NCBI GenBank assembly: GCA_964438005.1
Contig: CAYTJD010000067.1
Span: 8,980 to 72,979 of the forward strand
Direction of reading: 5' to 3'
DNA length: 64,000 nucleotides
From: an uncultured Solibacteraceae bacterium
Lineage (GTDB): Bacteria > Acidobacteriota > Terriglobia > Bryobacterales > Bryobacteraceae
A program made the translations under genes and the position numbers. This document shows positions 50,304-57,664 of this stretch, in pieces. Below the pieces are notes generated by a model. It had not been told where the DNA came from. It did not search any database and was given only the letters and a program-made list of their open reading frames with translations. Each line of letters opens with the position of its first letter. The stretch's first letter is position 1.

Positions 50304-51533
50304 ATGCTGACGAGGCGGATGTTCGTACGCGGGTCGGCGCTGGTGATGGCCGGGGCCGGCACCGCGCCTGTATGGCTGCGGCGTGCGGCGGCAGCCACAC
50401 CGGGCCGGCGTAAGGTCCTGGTGGCGCTCTTTCAGCGGGGAGCCGCGGACGGTCTGAATATCGTGGTGCCGTTCGGCGACAAGCGGTATTACGAGCTGCG
50501 GCCCACGCTCGGCATTCAACCTCCCAGTTCTTCAACCGGCGGGCCTAATGGCTTGATCGACCTCGACGGGCACTTCGGGCTCAACGGGATCCTGGAGCCC
50601 TTGAAACCGCTCTGGGAGAAGAAAATGCTGGCGATTGTGGAGGCCACGGGCTCGCCGGATCCCTCGCGCTCGCACTTCGATGCACAGGACTACATGGAGT
50701 CGGGCACGCCGGGGTTGAAGCGCGACGGCTGGCTGAACCGGGCGCTGCCGGCGGCCGGGCCGGATACCTCACCGCTGCGCGCGGTTTCGATTAGCGCCAA
50801 CCTCCCGCGAACGCTCCAGGGCGAGCATTCGGCGGTCGCGGTGAACGACGTTCAGCAGTTTCACACCGATGACGGCACGGCGACGATCATCGAGAGCATG
50901 TACACGAACTCGCGCGACCGGCAACTCGGCACTGCCGCCAGGGACGCGTTCGCCGCGACGCGGATGATCCAGGCGTTGAGCAAGACGCCGTACACGCCCG
51001 CCGGCGGCGCGCAATATGGGCAATTCGGCGAATTCGGCAGAAGCCTGCAGCAGATCGCGCGCCTGATCAAAGCCGACGCCGGCGTGGAAGCGGCATTCGC
51101 GGAGATCGGCGGCTGGGACCATCATCAAAACGAGCCCGGACAGCTGTTCAACGTATTGCGGCAGTTCGGCGGCGCGCTGGGCGCGTTCTGTACCGATATG
51201 GGCGACCGGATGGAGGATATCGTACTGGTGACCATGTCGGAATTCGGCCGCACGGCGCAGGAGAACGGCAACAACGGCACCGACCACGGGCACGGAGACG
51301 TGATGTTCGTGCTGGGCGGACCGGTACAGGGCGGCCGGGTCTTCGGGAAGTGGCCGGGGCTGGAGAAAGAGCAGCTCTACGAAAACCGCGACCTGGCCGT
51401 GACCACCGATTTTCGCGCCGTGCTCGGAGAGCTGATTGCCGGGCAGTTGGGCACGAAGGACCTGTCGCAGGTCTTCCCGGGATTCGAGGCTCCCGAACCG
51501 ATGGGGCTGCTGAAAGCCCCGGCGGACGCGTGA
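50304..51533 (+). CDS. DUF1501 family protein (sulfatase/alkaline-phosphatase-like fold, Tat signal)
   Basis: Starts 4 nt after the DUF1800 stop. MLTRRMFVRGSALVMAGAG twin-arginine signal. SHFDAQDYME, GGWDHHQN, SEFGRTAQENGNNGTDHGHG. Confidence 0.88.
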   Translation: MLTRRMFVRGSALVMAGAGTAPVWLRRAAAATPGRRKVLVALFQRGAADGLNIVVPFGDKRYYELRPTLGIQPPSSSTGGPNGLIDLDGHFGLNGILEPLKPLWEKKMLAIVEATGSPDPSRSHFDAQDYMESGTPGLKRDGWLNRALPAAGPDTSPLRAVSISANLPRTLQGEHSAVAVNDVQQFHTDDGTATIIESMYTNSRDRQLGTAARDAFAATRMIQALSKTPYTPAGGAQYGQFGEFGRSLQQIARLIKADAGVEAAFAEIGGWDHHQNEPGQLFNVLRQFGGALGAFCTDMGDRMEDIVLVTMSEFGRTAQENGNNGTDHGHGDVMFVLGGPVQGGRVFGKWPGLEKEQLYENRDLAVTTDFRAVLGELIAGQLGTKDLSQVFPGFEAPEPMGLLKAPADA

Positions 51534-51570
51534 TATAGTGGTCGTTGAAGCTTGCCTATGACTGTTCGCT

Positions 51571-51591
51571 AAAGGCGCGGGTTGCGCCTTT
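51571..51591 (+). terminator. Stem-loop, possible intrinsic terminator after the DUF1800/DUF1501 operon
   Basis: Perfect 8-bp inverted repeat, aaaggcgc (51571-51578) and gcgccttt (51584-51591), with a 5-nt loop. It lies 38 nt after the stop. The T-run is only the three T inside the stem. Confidence 0.4.
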
Positions 51592-51643
51592 CAAGACAAC
51601 TCACTGAACCCGAGGTGACGTGTGTCCTTTGGAGCGAACAGAA

Positions 51644-52687
51644 ATGTTTCTGGAACAGATTGGAGCGGACGCGCGTGTCCGCGAGTTATTCCGGTTTCAT
51701 GCAGCGGCCGGAACGGAGCTGGGGCGAGTCTCGTTTGCCTCGCGGGAGCAATACCGTGTGTGGTTCGAAACGGGAGAAGGCGAGGCGGCGCCATCGGGAA
51801 AGTTGCGCTGGCAGGATGCGCTGCCGGCGACCGGCGACTGGGTCGTAGCCCGGCGCGTGGATCCGGAACTGGCGCTAATTGAAGTGGTGCTGCCGCGGCG
51901 CACGCAGTTTTCGCGTCGCGCGGCGGGGAAAGCCATGGCCGAGCAGGTGATCGCGGCCAACATCGATCTGGCGATAGTGGTTTGCGGATTGGATCGCGAC
52001 TTCAACCTGCGGCGGATCGAGCGCTACCTGGTACTGGCGCGAGAGAGCGGCGCCGAGCCGGTGATCGTGTTGAATAAAGCGGATCTGAGCGGCTCGGTGG
52101 CTGAGGACGTCGCGGAGGTGACGCGAATCGCCGGCGGGGCGCAGGTGGTGGCGCTGAGCGCGCATGAGAGCGTCGAGCCGCTTGCCGGAATGGTGCAACG
52201 GCGGACCGTCGCGTTTCTGGGATCGTCGGGGGTCGGCAAGTCAACCATTGCAAACAGGCTTCTCGGGGAACAGCGGCAGGCGACTGGTGCCGTGCGAGCG
52301 TCCGATTCCCGCGGCCGGCATACAACCACCAGCCGCATGCTGCTGCCGCTGCCGGGCGGCGGCGCGCTCATCGACAATCCCGGCATGCGCGAACTGCAGC
52401 TCTGGGCGAGCGAAGAGACGCTCGCGGAAACGTTTGAGGATATCGCGGCGTTCGCGGAGTGGTGCCGGTTTACGGACTGCGCCCACGGCGACGAGCCCGG
52501 ATGCGGCGTACGCGAGGCGCTCGCGAGCGGCGCACTCGCCGAGGCGCGCTGGCAGAGCTACCGCAAGCTGCAAGGCGAAGTGCGGTACCAGGCGCTGCAG
52601 GAGGACATGCACGCGCGGCAGGAGCAGAAGCGGCGCTGGAAGGCGCTCCACAAAGCAATGCGGCATCACCCGAAATACAAGCAGTGA
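51644..52687 (+). CDS. rsgA: Ribosome small-subunit-dependent GTPase A
   Basis: Circularly permuted GTPase motifs (VLNKADL, GSSGVGKSTIANRL, GRHTTT) and a C-terminal zinc cluster (CRFTDCAHGDEPGC). ATG at 51644 is preferred over the ORF-track GTG at 51620. Confidence 0.9.
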   Translation: MFLEQIGADARVRELFRFHAAAGTELGRVSFASREQYRVWFETGEGEAAPSGKLRWQDALPATGDWVVARRVDPELALIEVVLPRRTQFSRRAAGKAMAEQVIAANIDLAIVVCGLDRDFNLRRIERYLVLARESGAEPVIVLNKADLSGSVAEDVAEVTRIAGGAQVVALSAHESVEPLAGMVQRRTVAFLGSSGVGKSTIANRLLGEQRQATGAVRASDSRGRHTTTSRMLLPLPGGGALIDNPGMRELQLWASEETLAETFEDIAAFAEWCRFTDCAHGDEPGCGVREALASGALAEARWQSYRKLQGEVRYQALQEDMHARQEQKRRWKALHKAMRHHPKYKQ

Positions 52688-52713
52688 ACGGGGAGGATAT
52701 GATAGGCGGCTGA

Positions 52714-53886
52714 ATGCTGAGAAAATTGGTTCTCTTTTGTTTCCTGGCGGGCGGGAGTGCATGCTTGTTGCCCGCGCAAAATCTGGTGATCACGAATGCT
52801 CGAGTGATCGTCGGCAACGGCACGGTCATCAACTCCGGCACCGTGATCGTGCGGGCGGGCAAAATCGCCTCCGTGGCGGCGGGCTCGGTGTACGAGCAGG
52901 GGCTTCGGACTATTGACGCCAAGGGTATGACGGCGATGGCCGGATACATCGACGCGCATCGCCACATCAACACCGGTCCGAACGAAAAACCGCAAATGCA
53001 GCAGCTTCTCGAGGCCGGGTACACGACGATTCTCTCGGGCGGCGGCCCCGCCGACGGCAATCTGACGCTGCGAGAGCACATCGAGAAGGGCGTCATCAAT
53101 GGGCCGCGGATCATTCCTAGCGGATCGGTGCGGCTGACGCTGTCGCCGGAAGAGGCACGCGCCGAGGTGCGAAAAATGGCCGCGCAAGGGATCAAGTTTA
53201 CCGGTGAGATTGCGCTGACACCCAAGCCGGGGCCGACCGCCAAAGAAATGGAGACGCTGCGCGCCATCCTCGATGAGTCGAAGAAAGCCGGCGTGCTGGT
53301 GCAAGTGCACGCGGTGAGCCCGCCGGCGATGATGGCGGCCGTGGATGCGGGCGTGCCCCTGCTGGTGCACACGCCGCATTTCGGATGGCTGAGCTTCGAA
53401 GACGCCAGGCGCGTAGCGGCTTCCGGGGTCAAGCAGCTCTCGACGATCGGCTTCGGCGTGCCTGTGTTCGGCGTCTTTGCGGATGACAACAAGCCGCGAT
53501 TCCGCGACGGCAAGCCGTGGCCGGAATCCATTCTCGACGGCGATGGGCGCGGGCAGGAAGCGGGATACAAAGCGGTGAACGCACGCACCTCGTGGGACGC
53601 GGGCGTGGTCTACGGGTATGGCACCGACACCAACTACGACCCGAAAGCCGGGCTCGAGCATGAGCTTAAGTCGCTGAACCTGATGTTCTCCATGCAGGAC
53701 ATGATCAAACTGATGGGGCCGAACACGGCGGCCTACATCCAGATGAGCGATCAACTCGGGACACTGGAGCCGGGTAAGCTGGCCGATCTCATCCTGCTCG
53801 ACGGCAATCCGCTGGAGGGCTACTGGAACATGTTGAACACGAAAGTGGTGCTGAAGGGCGGCGTGGTGGTGGTCGACAAGCGATAA
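52714..53886 (+). CDS. Secreted metal-dependent amidohydrolase family protein
   Basis: Signal peptide MLRKLVLFCFLAGGSACLLPAQ. H-x-H metal motif (GYIDAHRHI) and a C-terminal DLILLDGNPL block typical of the amidohydrolase superfamily. Confidence 0.8.
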   Translation: MLRKLVLFCFLAGGSACLLPAQNLVITNARVIVGNGTVINSGTVIVRAGKIASVAAGSVYEQGLRTIDAKGMTAMAGYIDAHRHINTGPNEKPQMQQLLEAGYTTILSGGGPADGNLTLREHIEKGVINGPRIIPSGSVRLTLSPEEARAEVRKMAAQGIKFTGEIALTPKPGPTAKEMETLRAILDESKKAGVLVQVHAVSPPAMMAAVDAGVPLLVHTPHFGWLSFEDARRVAASGVKQLSTIGFGVPVFGVFADDNKPRFRDGKPWPESILDGDGRGQEAGYKAVNARTSWDAGVVYGYGTDTNYDPKAGLEHELKSLNLMFSMQDMIKLMGPNTAAYIQMSDQLGTLEPGKLADLILLDGNPLEGYWNMLNTKVVLKGGVVVVDKR

Positions 53887-54033
53887 AAGCGTCGCGGGCC
53901 GGTGTCCGCCCGCACCAATTCCACGCGCAGTGTGCCGGCGCCTACACTACCCCATTGCAATCCGGAAATTTCGGTGACATCCTCGCTGCTACGACAGTGC
54001 ACCACTGTCGGAATACGGATCGGGAGGATTCTC

Positions 54034-54477
54034 ATGCTTGACACGATTGAATCGATTCTGAGCCGGAAACGGCGGGAAATCTGGTCGGTAGCGCCAAACG
54101 CGAGCGTGTACGAAGCGATCGCTCTGATGGCCGAGAAGGCGATCGGGGCTGTCCTCGTGGTGGCGGATCAGAAACTGGTGGGCATCGTCTCGGAACGAGA
54201 CTATGCTCGAAAAGTCATCCTCCAGGGGCGCTCTTCGAAAGAGACGCGAGTGGAGGAAATCATGACCAGTGACCTCATCATTGTCAGTCCAGAGAACACC
54301 GTCGATGAGTGCATGAAGATCATGACGCACCGCCGGGTTCGACACCTCCCGGTGCTGCATGGGGGAGCTCTCGCCGGCATCGTCTCCATCGGCGATCTGG
54401 TGAACGCGGTGATCGCCGACCAGGCACATACCATCGATCAATTACACATGTATATCGGCGCCAAGTACCCGGCGTAG
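54034..54477 (+). CDS. CBS-pair domain protein
   Basis: ATG at 54034 with GGGAGGA 6 nt upstream. Two CBS motifs (AIGAVLVVADQKLVGIVSERD; VRHLPVLHGGALAGIVSIGD). Confidence 0.85.
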   Translation: MLDTIESILSRKRREIWSVAPNASVYEAIALMAEKAIGAVLVVADQKLVGIVSERDYARKVILQGRSSKETRVEEIMTSDLIIVSPENTVDECMKIMTHRRVRHLPVLHGGALAGIVSIGDLVNAVIADQAHTIDQLHMYIGAKYPA

Positions 54478-54576
54478 GCGCTCCGATCCGCAAGCTTTTC
54501 GTGGGAGGCCGCGGTGATTCAGGCGGTATATACTTGTATGCCAACCGGAAGGCCGGACATCCGAAGGAGGAACGCA

Positions 54577-55062
54577 ATGGAACACGTCATCGCAAAGCTG
54601 GTTCAGGAATTCGAACAGGGAAAACTGTCGCGGCGGCAGCTCATCCAGAGCCTGACCGTGGCGGCGACGGCGGCCACCGCGGTGGGCGGCGCGCCGGCAG
54701 CAGCGGCCGAGGGCAAGGTGCTCCCCGCCACCAACTTCAACCACGTCTCCTACCAGGTGACCGATTATGCGCGCACGCGCGATTTCTACGCGGGATTGTT
54801 CGGAATGAAAGTATCGGACGACGACGGTAAGCAATGCAGGCTGACATTCGGGAACAATATCCTGATTGTGCGCAACCGGCAACCGGCGCCGAAAGTAGAC
54901 CATATCGCCTACACACTCGCAAACTGGGATCAGGAAAAGGAAGCCATGGCGGAAGAACTCAAACGCCGCGGCTTGAAGATCGTCCAGGGCGATACCAAGA
55001 CCAGCCTCCACATACTGGACCCGGATGGGTTTGAGGTGCAGATGGGCGGCTTGCGACAATAG
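54577..55062 (+). CDS. VOC (glyoxalase/bleomycin-resistance/dioxygenase) family protein with Tat-like leader
   Basis: GAAGGAGG sits 6 nt upstream of the ATG at 54577. LSRRQLIQSLTVAATAATAVGGAPAAAA leader. VOC core NHVSYQVTDYARTRDFYAGLFGMKV...VDHIAY...ILDPDGFEVQ. Confidence 0.75.
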   Translation: MEHVIAKLVQEFEQGKLSRRQLIQSLTVAATAATAVGGAPAAAAEGKVLPATNFNHVSYQVTDYARTRDFYAGLFGMKVSDDDGKQCRLTFGNNILIVRNRQPAPKVDHIAYTLANWDQEKEAMAEELKRRGLKIVQGDTKTSLHILDPDGFEVQMGGLRQ

Positions 55063-55067
55063 GAGCC

Positions 55068-56465
55068 ATGCGGCTACAACTCGGGCTGGCGGGATTGCTG
55101 GTGGGAGGCGTTCTGATGGGGGCGGAGAACCCGCCCGCGGCGTCCGTCACTTTTCACAAAGACGTGCTGCCGATTTTGCAGAAGAACTGCCAGGGGTGCC
55201 ACCGGCCGGGGCAGATGGGGCCGATGTCGTTTCTCACCTACGGGGGCACGCGGCCCTGGGCGAAGGCGATGAAGGCCGCCGTGCTTACCAGAAAAATGCC
55301 GCCTTGGTCCGCCGACGGGCAGTACGGGCCCTATTTGAATGATCGCTCGCTGAAGCCGGGCGAGATTGAGACGATCGCGAAATGGGCCGATAGCGGAGCG
55401 GCCGAAGGGGATCCCAAGGACGCGCCGCCTGCCGTGCGGTGGCCGGAAGGCTGGGTGATCCACCCGGATGTCATCGTCGACGGGCCGGTCACTGAGGTCC
55501 CGGCCACTCCGAAGAATAACGTCATCGAGTGGATCACCGTCATCATGCCCACGGGCTTTACGAAAGACACGTGGGTGACGTCGGTCCAGATCAAGCCTGA
55601 GCACCCGGCAGTGGCGCATCATATCTGTATCGGGTACGCGCCGCACCGCCCGAACGTGGAATACGGGCACGGCGTGTGGGCCAATCTGGCCCGCGATGAT
55701 GAGGGCGCGGCGATGCCGGAGAAGGGCCCGACGTTTGTGGGACGCGGGCAGGGCATTGGGAATCCCGATCCCGCCGCGGCGGCCATCTTTGCAGAGAGCG
55801 GAGGCCCTGGCGGCGCAGCGCAGGATTGCTATTTGCCCGGAAATACCGCGGCCGACTACCGGCCTCTTCGGGCAGCCAAACTGATTCCGGCCGGCTATGA
55901 CGTGGTGTTCAATGTTCACTACACGCCCAACGGAACGGCGCTGACGGACCATGTAAAGGTAGGCTTCACCGTGGCGCAAGAGCCACCGCCGCGCCGGTAC
56001 GTCTCGCTATTGATTTCGGCCCCGACCGACGCGAAGAGTTTCGCGATTCCGCCCAACACGCCGAGCTGGCCCAGCCCGCCGGCGCTCGCCACGTTTCTGC
56101 ACGATGTCGAACTGGTGTACATGATGCCGCACATGCACGTGCGCGGCAAAGATACGACCTGGACGCTGGAGTATCCCGACGGACGCAAGCAGGTGATCCT
56201 CGACGTGCCGCGCTACGATTTCAATTGGCAACTCGGATACGACACTGGGATTCATGTGCCGAAGGGGACCAGGTTGCGGGTCGACGCACACTACGACAAT
56301 TCAGTCAACAATAAGTTCAATCCCAATCCGAACAAGACCGTGTATTACGGCCAGATGACTTGGGAAGAAATGATGTCGCCGTTCTTCGGAGTAGTGGTAG
56401 ACCGGGGAACCGACGCATCGAAGCTGATCGATTCTCCGGTTGCGTTTACGCCGGGTGGGGCGTAA
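55068..56465 (+). CDS. Exported fusion: Planctomycete-type cytochrome c motif domain plus PHM/DBH-like copper type II monooxygenase-fold domain
   Basis: Signal peptide, then FHKDVLPILQKNCQGCHRPG (CXXCH). Downstream are VAHHICIGY (His-His), MPHMHVRGKD (H-x-H) and YYGQMTWEEMMSPFF (Met). These correspond to the CuH and CuM ligand blocks of peptidylglycine monooxygenase-type enzymes. Confidence 0.7.
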   Translation: MRLQLGLAGLLVGGVLMGAENPPAASVTFHKDVLPILQKNCQGCHRPGQMGPMSFLTYGGTRPWAKAMKAAVLTRKMPPWSADGQYGPYLNDRSLKPGEIETIAKWADSGAAEGDPKDAPPAVRWPEGWVIHPDVIVDGPVTEVPATPKNNVIEWITVIMPTGFTKDTWVTSVQIKPEHPAVAHHICIGYAPHRPNVEYGHGVWANLARDDEGAAMPEKGPTFVGRGQGIGNPDPAAAAIFAESGGPGGAAQDCYLPGNTAADYRPLRAAKLIPAGYDVVFNVHYTPNGTALTDHVKVGFTVAQEPPPRRYVSLLISAPTDAKSFAIPPNTPSWPSPPALATFLHDVELVYMMPHMHVRGKDTTWTLEYPDGRKQVILDVPRYDFNWQLGYDTGIHVPKGTRLRVDAHYDNSVNNKFNPNPNKTVYYGQMTWEEMMSPFFGVVVDRGTDASKLIDSPVAFTPGGA

Positions 56466-56512
56466 GAGGCTGTCTTCAACGCTCCCATTCCGCCGGCCCG
56501 GCTCCCTCCGGA

Positions 56513-57202
56513 TTACTTGGTGGCAGGGCGCGCCCGAGGCGGGGCGCCGGGCTGCGCGACGACCCGCAGATAGGGCCGGAGCGTCTTCCAACCGTTAGGG
56601 TATTTTTGGCGCGCCTCCTCGTCGGAGACCGAAGTCAGGATGATCACATCGTCGCCCTGCTTCCAGTTCACCGGCGTGGCCACCTTGTGCTGGGCCGTGA
56701 GCTGAATCGAATCGAGCACGCGCAGGACTTCGTCGAAGTTGCGCCCGGTGCTCATCGGATAGCTGAGCATCAGCTTGATTTTCTTGTCGGGACCGATCAC
56801 GAACACGGTGCGCACGGTGGCGTTGGTCGCGGCGGTGCGGCCTTCGGAGCTGTCGCCCGCATCGGCGGGCAGCATGTCGTACAGCTTGGCCACCTTGAGT
56901 TCCGGATCCCCGATCATCGGGTACTTAACAGCGTGGCCCTGGGTCTCTTCGATGTCCGTGGACCACTTTTTGTGGCTGGCCACCGGGTCGACGCTGAGCC
57001 CGATGATTTTGCAATTCCGCTTTTGGAATTCCGGCTCGAGCCCGGCCATGTAACCGTGTTCGGTGGTGCAGACGGGGGTGAAATCCTTGGGATGGGAAAA
57101 TAAGATCGCCCAACCGTCGCCGATCCATTCGTGGAAATTAATGGTTCCTTGTGAGGTTTCGGCGGTGAAATTCGGGGCTTCGTCATTAATGCGTAAAGAC
57201 AT
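56513..57202 (-). CDS. 1-Cys peroxiredoxin (Prx6 subfamily)
   Basis: MSLRINDEAPNFTAETSQG...WAILFSHPKDFTPVCTTE...IGLSVD. The start is at the internal ATG 57202 rather than the ORF-track 57259. Confidence 0.92.
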   Translation of the reverse strand: MSLRINDEAPNFTAETSQGTINFHEWIGDGWAILFSHPKDFTPVCTTEHGYMAGLEPEFQKRNCKIIGLSVDPVASHKKWSTDIEETQGHAVKYPMIGDPELKVAKLYDMLPADAGDSSEGRTAATNATVRTVFVIGPDKKIKLMLSYPMSTGRNFDEVLRVLDSIQLTAQHKVATPVNWKQGDDVIILTSVSDEEARQKYPNGWKTLRPYLRVVAQPGAPPRARPATK

Positions 57203-57409
57203 ACTTTCTCTCCTTCTGCGGTATAAGCATATATAAGCAGATTTGCGGAGGCGGCGCACCTGGAGCGAAATCGGGAAGCCCTGCTGGGCGAAGACCTCGC
57301 ACCAGCAGATCCCGCCCTCATTTGGTCAATCGATAACAAGGGCGGTTGAGCCGACGGTCATGCGCCGGCCCCATTCGCATCGCAGTCAGTTTTCTGATAG
57401 GAATACATC

Positions 57410-57664
57410 ATGCAGTTCCGAATATACGCCCGCCCGGTCATTGGCCTTCTTGCGGTTGCATGCGCGGTCCAGCTAGATTTTCTGATTGAAGGAGAATCGC
57501 TCGTTACGGGCGCGGTCGCCGACGTGATTCAAGCCCCGAACGAGCGATGGCGCCGTGCTACGTCTCGCGCTCCTGGCGTGGCTACGCGCCCTGCGATCAC
57601 GCCGCGAAACAAGGAAGGACAGGTGTACGATCAGCCGGATGCGGCAGGAGGCGACAATCGTTGA
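57410..57664 (+). CDS. Possible small exported/lipoprotein-like ORF (84 aa) upstream of the PQQ-propeller gene
   Basis: AGGA lies 7 nt upstream of the ATG. N-terminus MQFRIYARPVIGLLAVACAVQ is signal-like. The TGA stop overlaps the candidate TTG start of the next gene (TTGA at 57661-57664). Against it: GC3 is low in its 3' half, and the alternative frame (the ORF-track start at 57547 of the next gene) looks at least as coding there. Confidence 0.25.
   Translation: MQFRIYARPVIGLLAVACAVQLDFLIEGESLVTGAVADVIQAPNERWRRATSRAPGVATRPAITPRNKEGQVYDQPDAAGGDNR

Noticed and set aside
48572-50398. 608-aa minus-strand ORF, the longest antisense ORF in the window
   Set aside because: It lies entirely antisense to the DUF1800 gene, which has clear family motifs. 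Its translation is Arg/Pro/Leu/Gln-rich and low in complexity. The same reasoning rejects 17230-18555, 25581-26705, 36095-37303, 39700-40716, 52470-53754, 55074-55979 and 59175-60416.
42598-56465. A split bacterial peptide-amidation system: the PAL-like NHL propeller at 42.6 kb plus the PHM-like monooxygenase at 55.1 kb
   Set aside because: The two genes are 11 kb apart in unrelated transcription units, with many genes between them. NHL propellers are functionally diverse. There is no sequence-level evidence for linkage.
57410-57664. Small ORF next to the PQQ-propeller gene as a PqqA-like precursor
   Set aside because: At 84 aa it is too long, it has a signal-like N-terminus, and it lacks the short E-x3-Y PqqA core. 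No pqqB-E genes are nearby. I keep it only as a low-confidence leader ORF.
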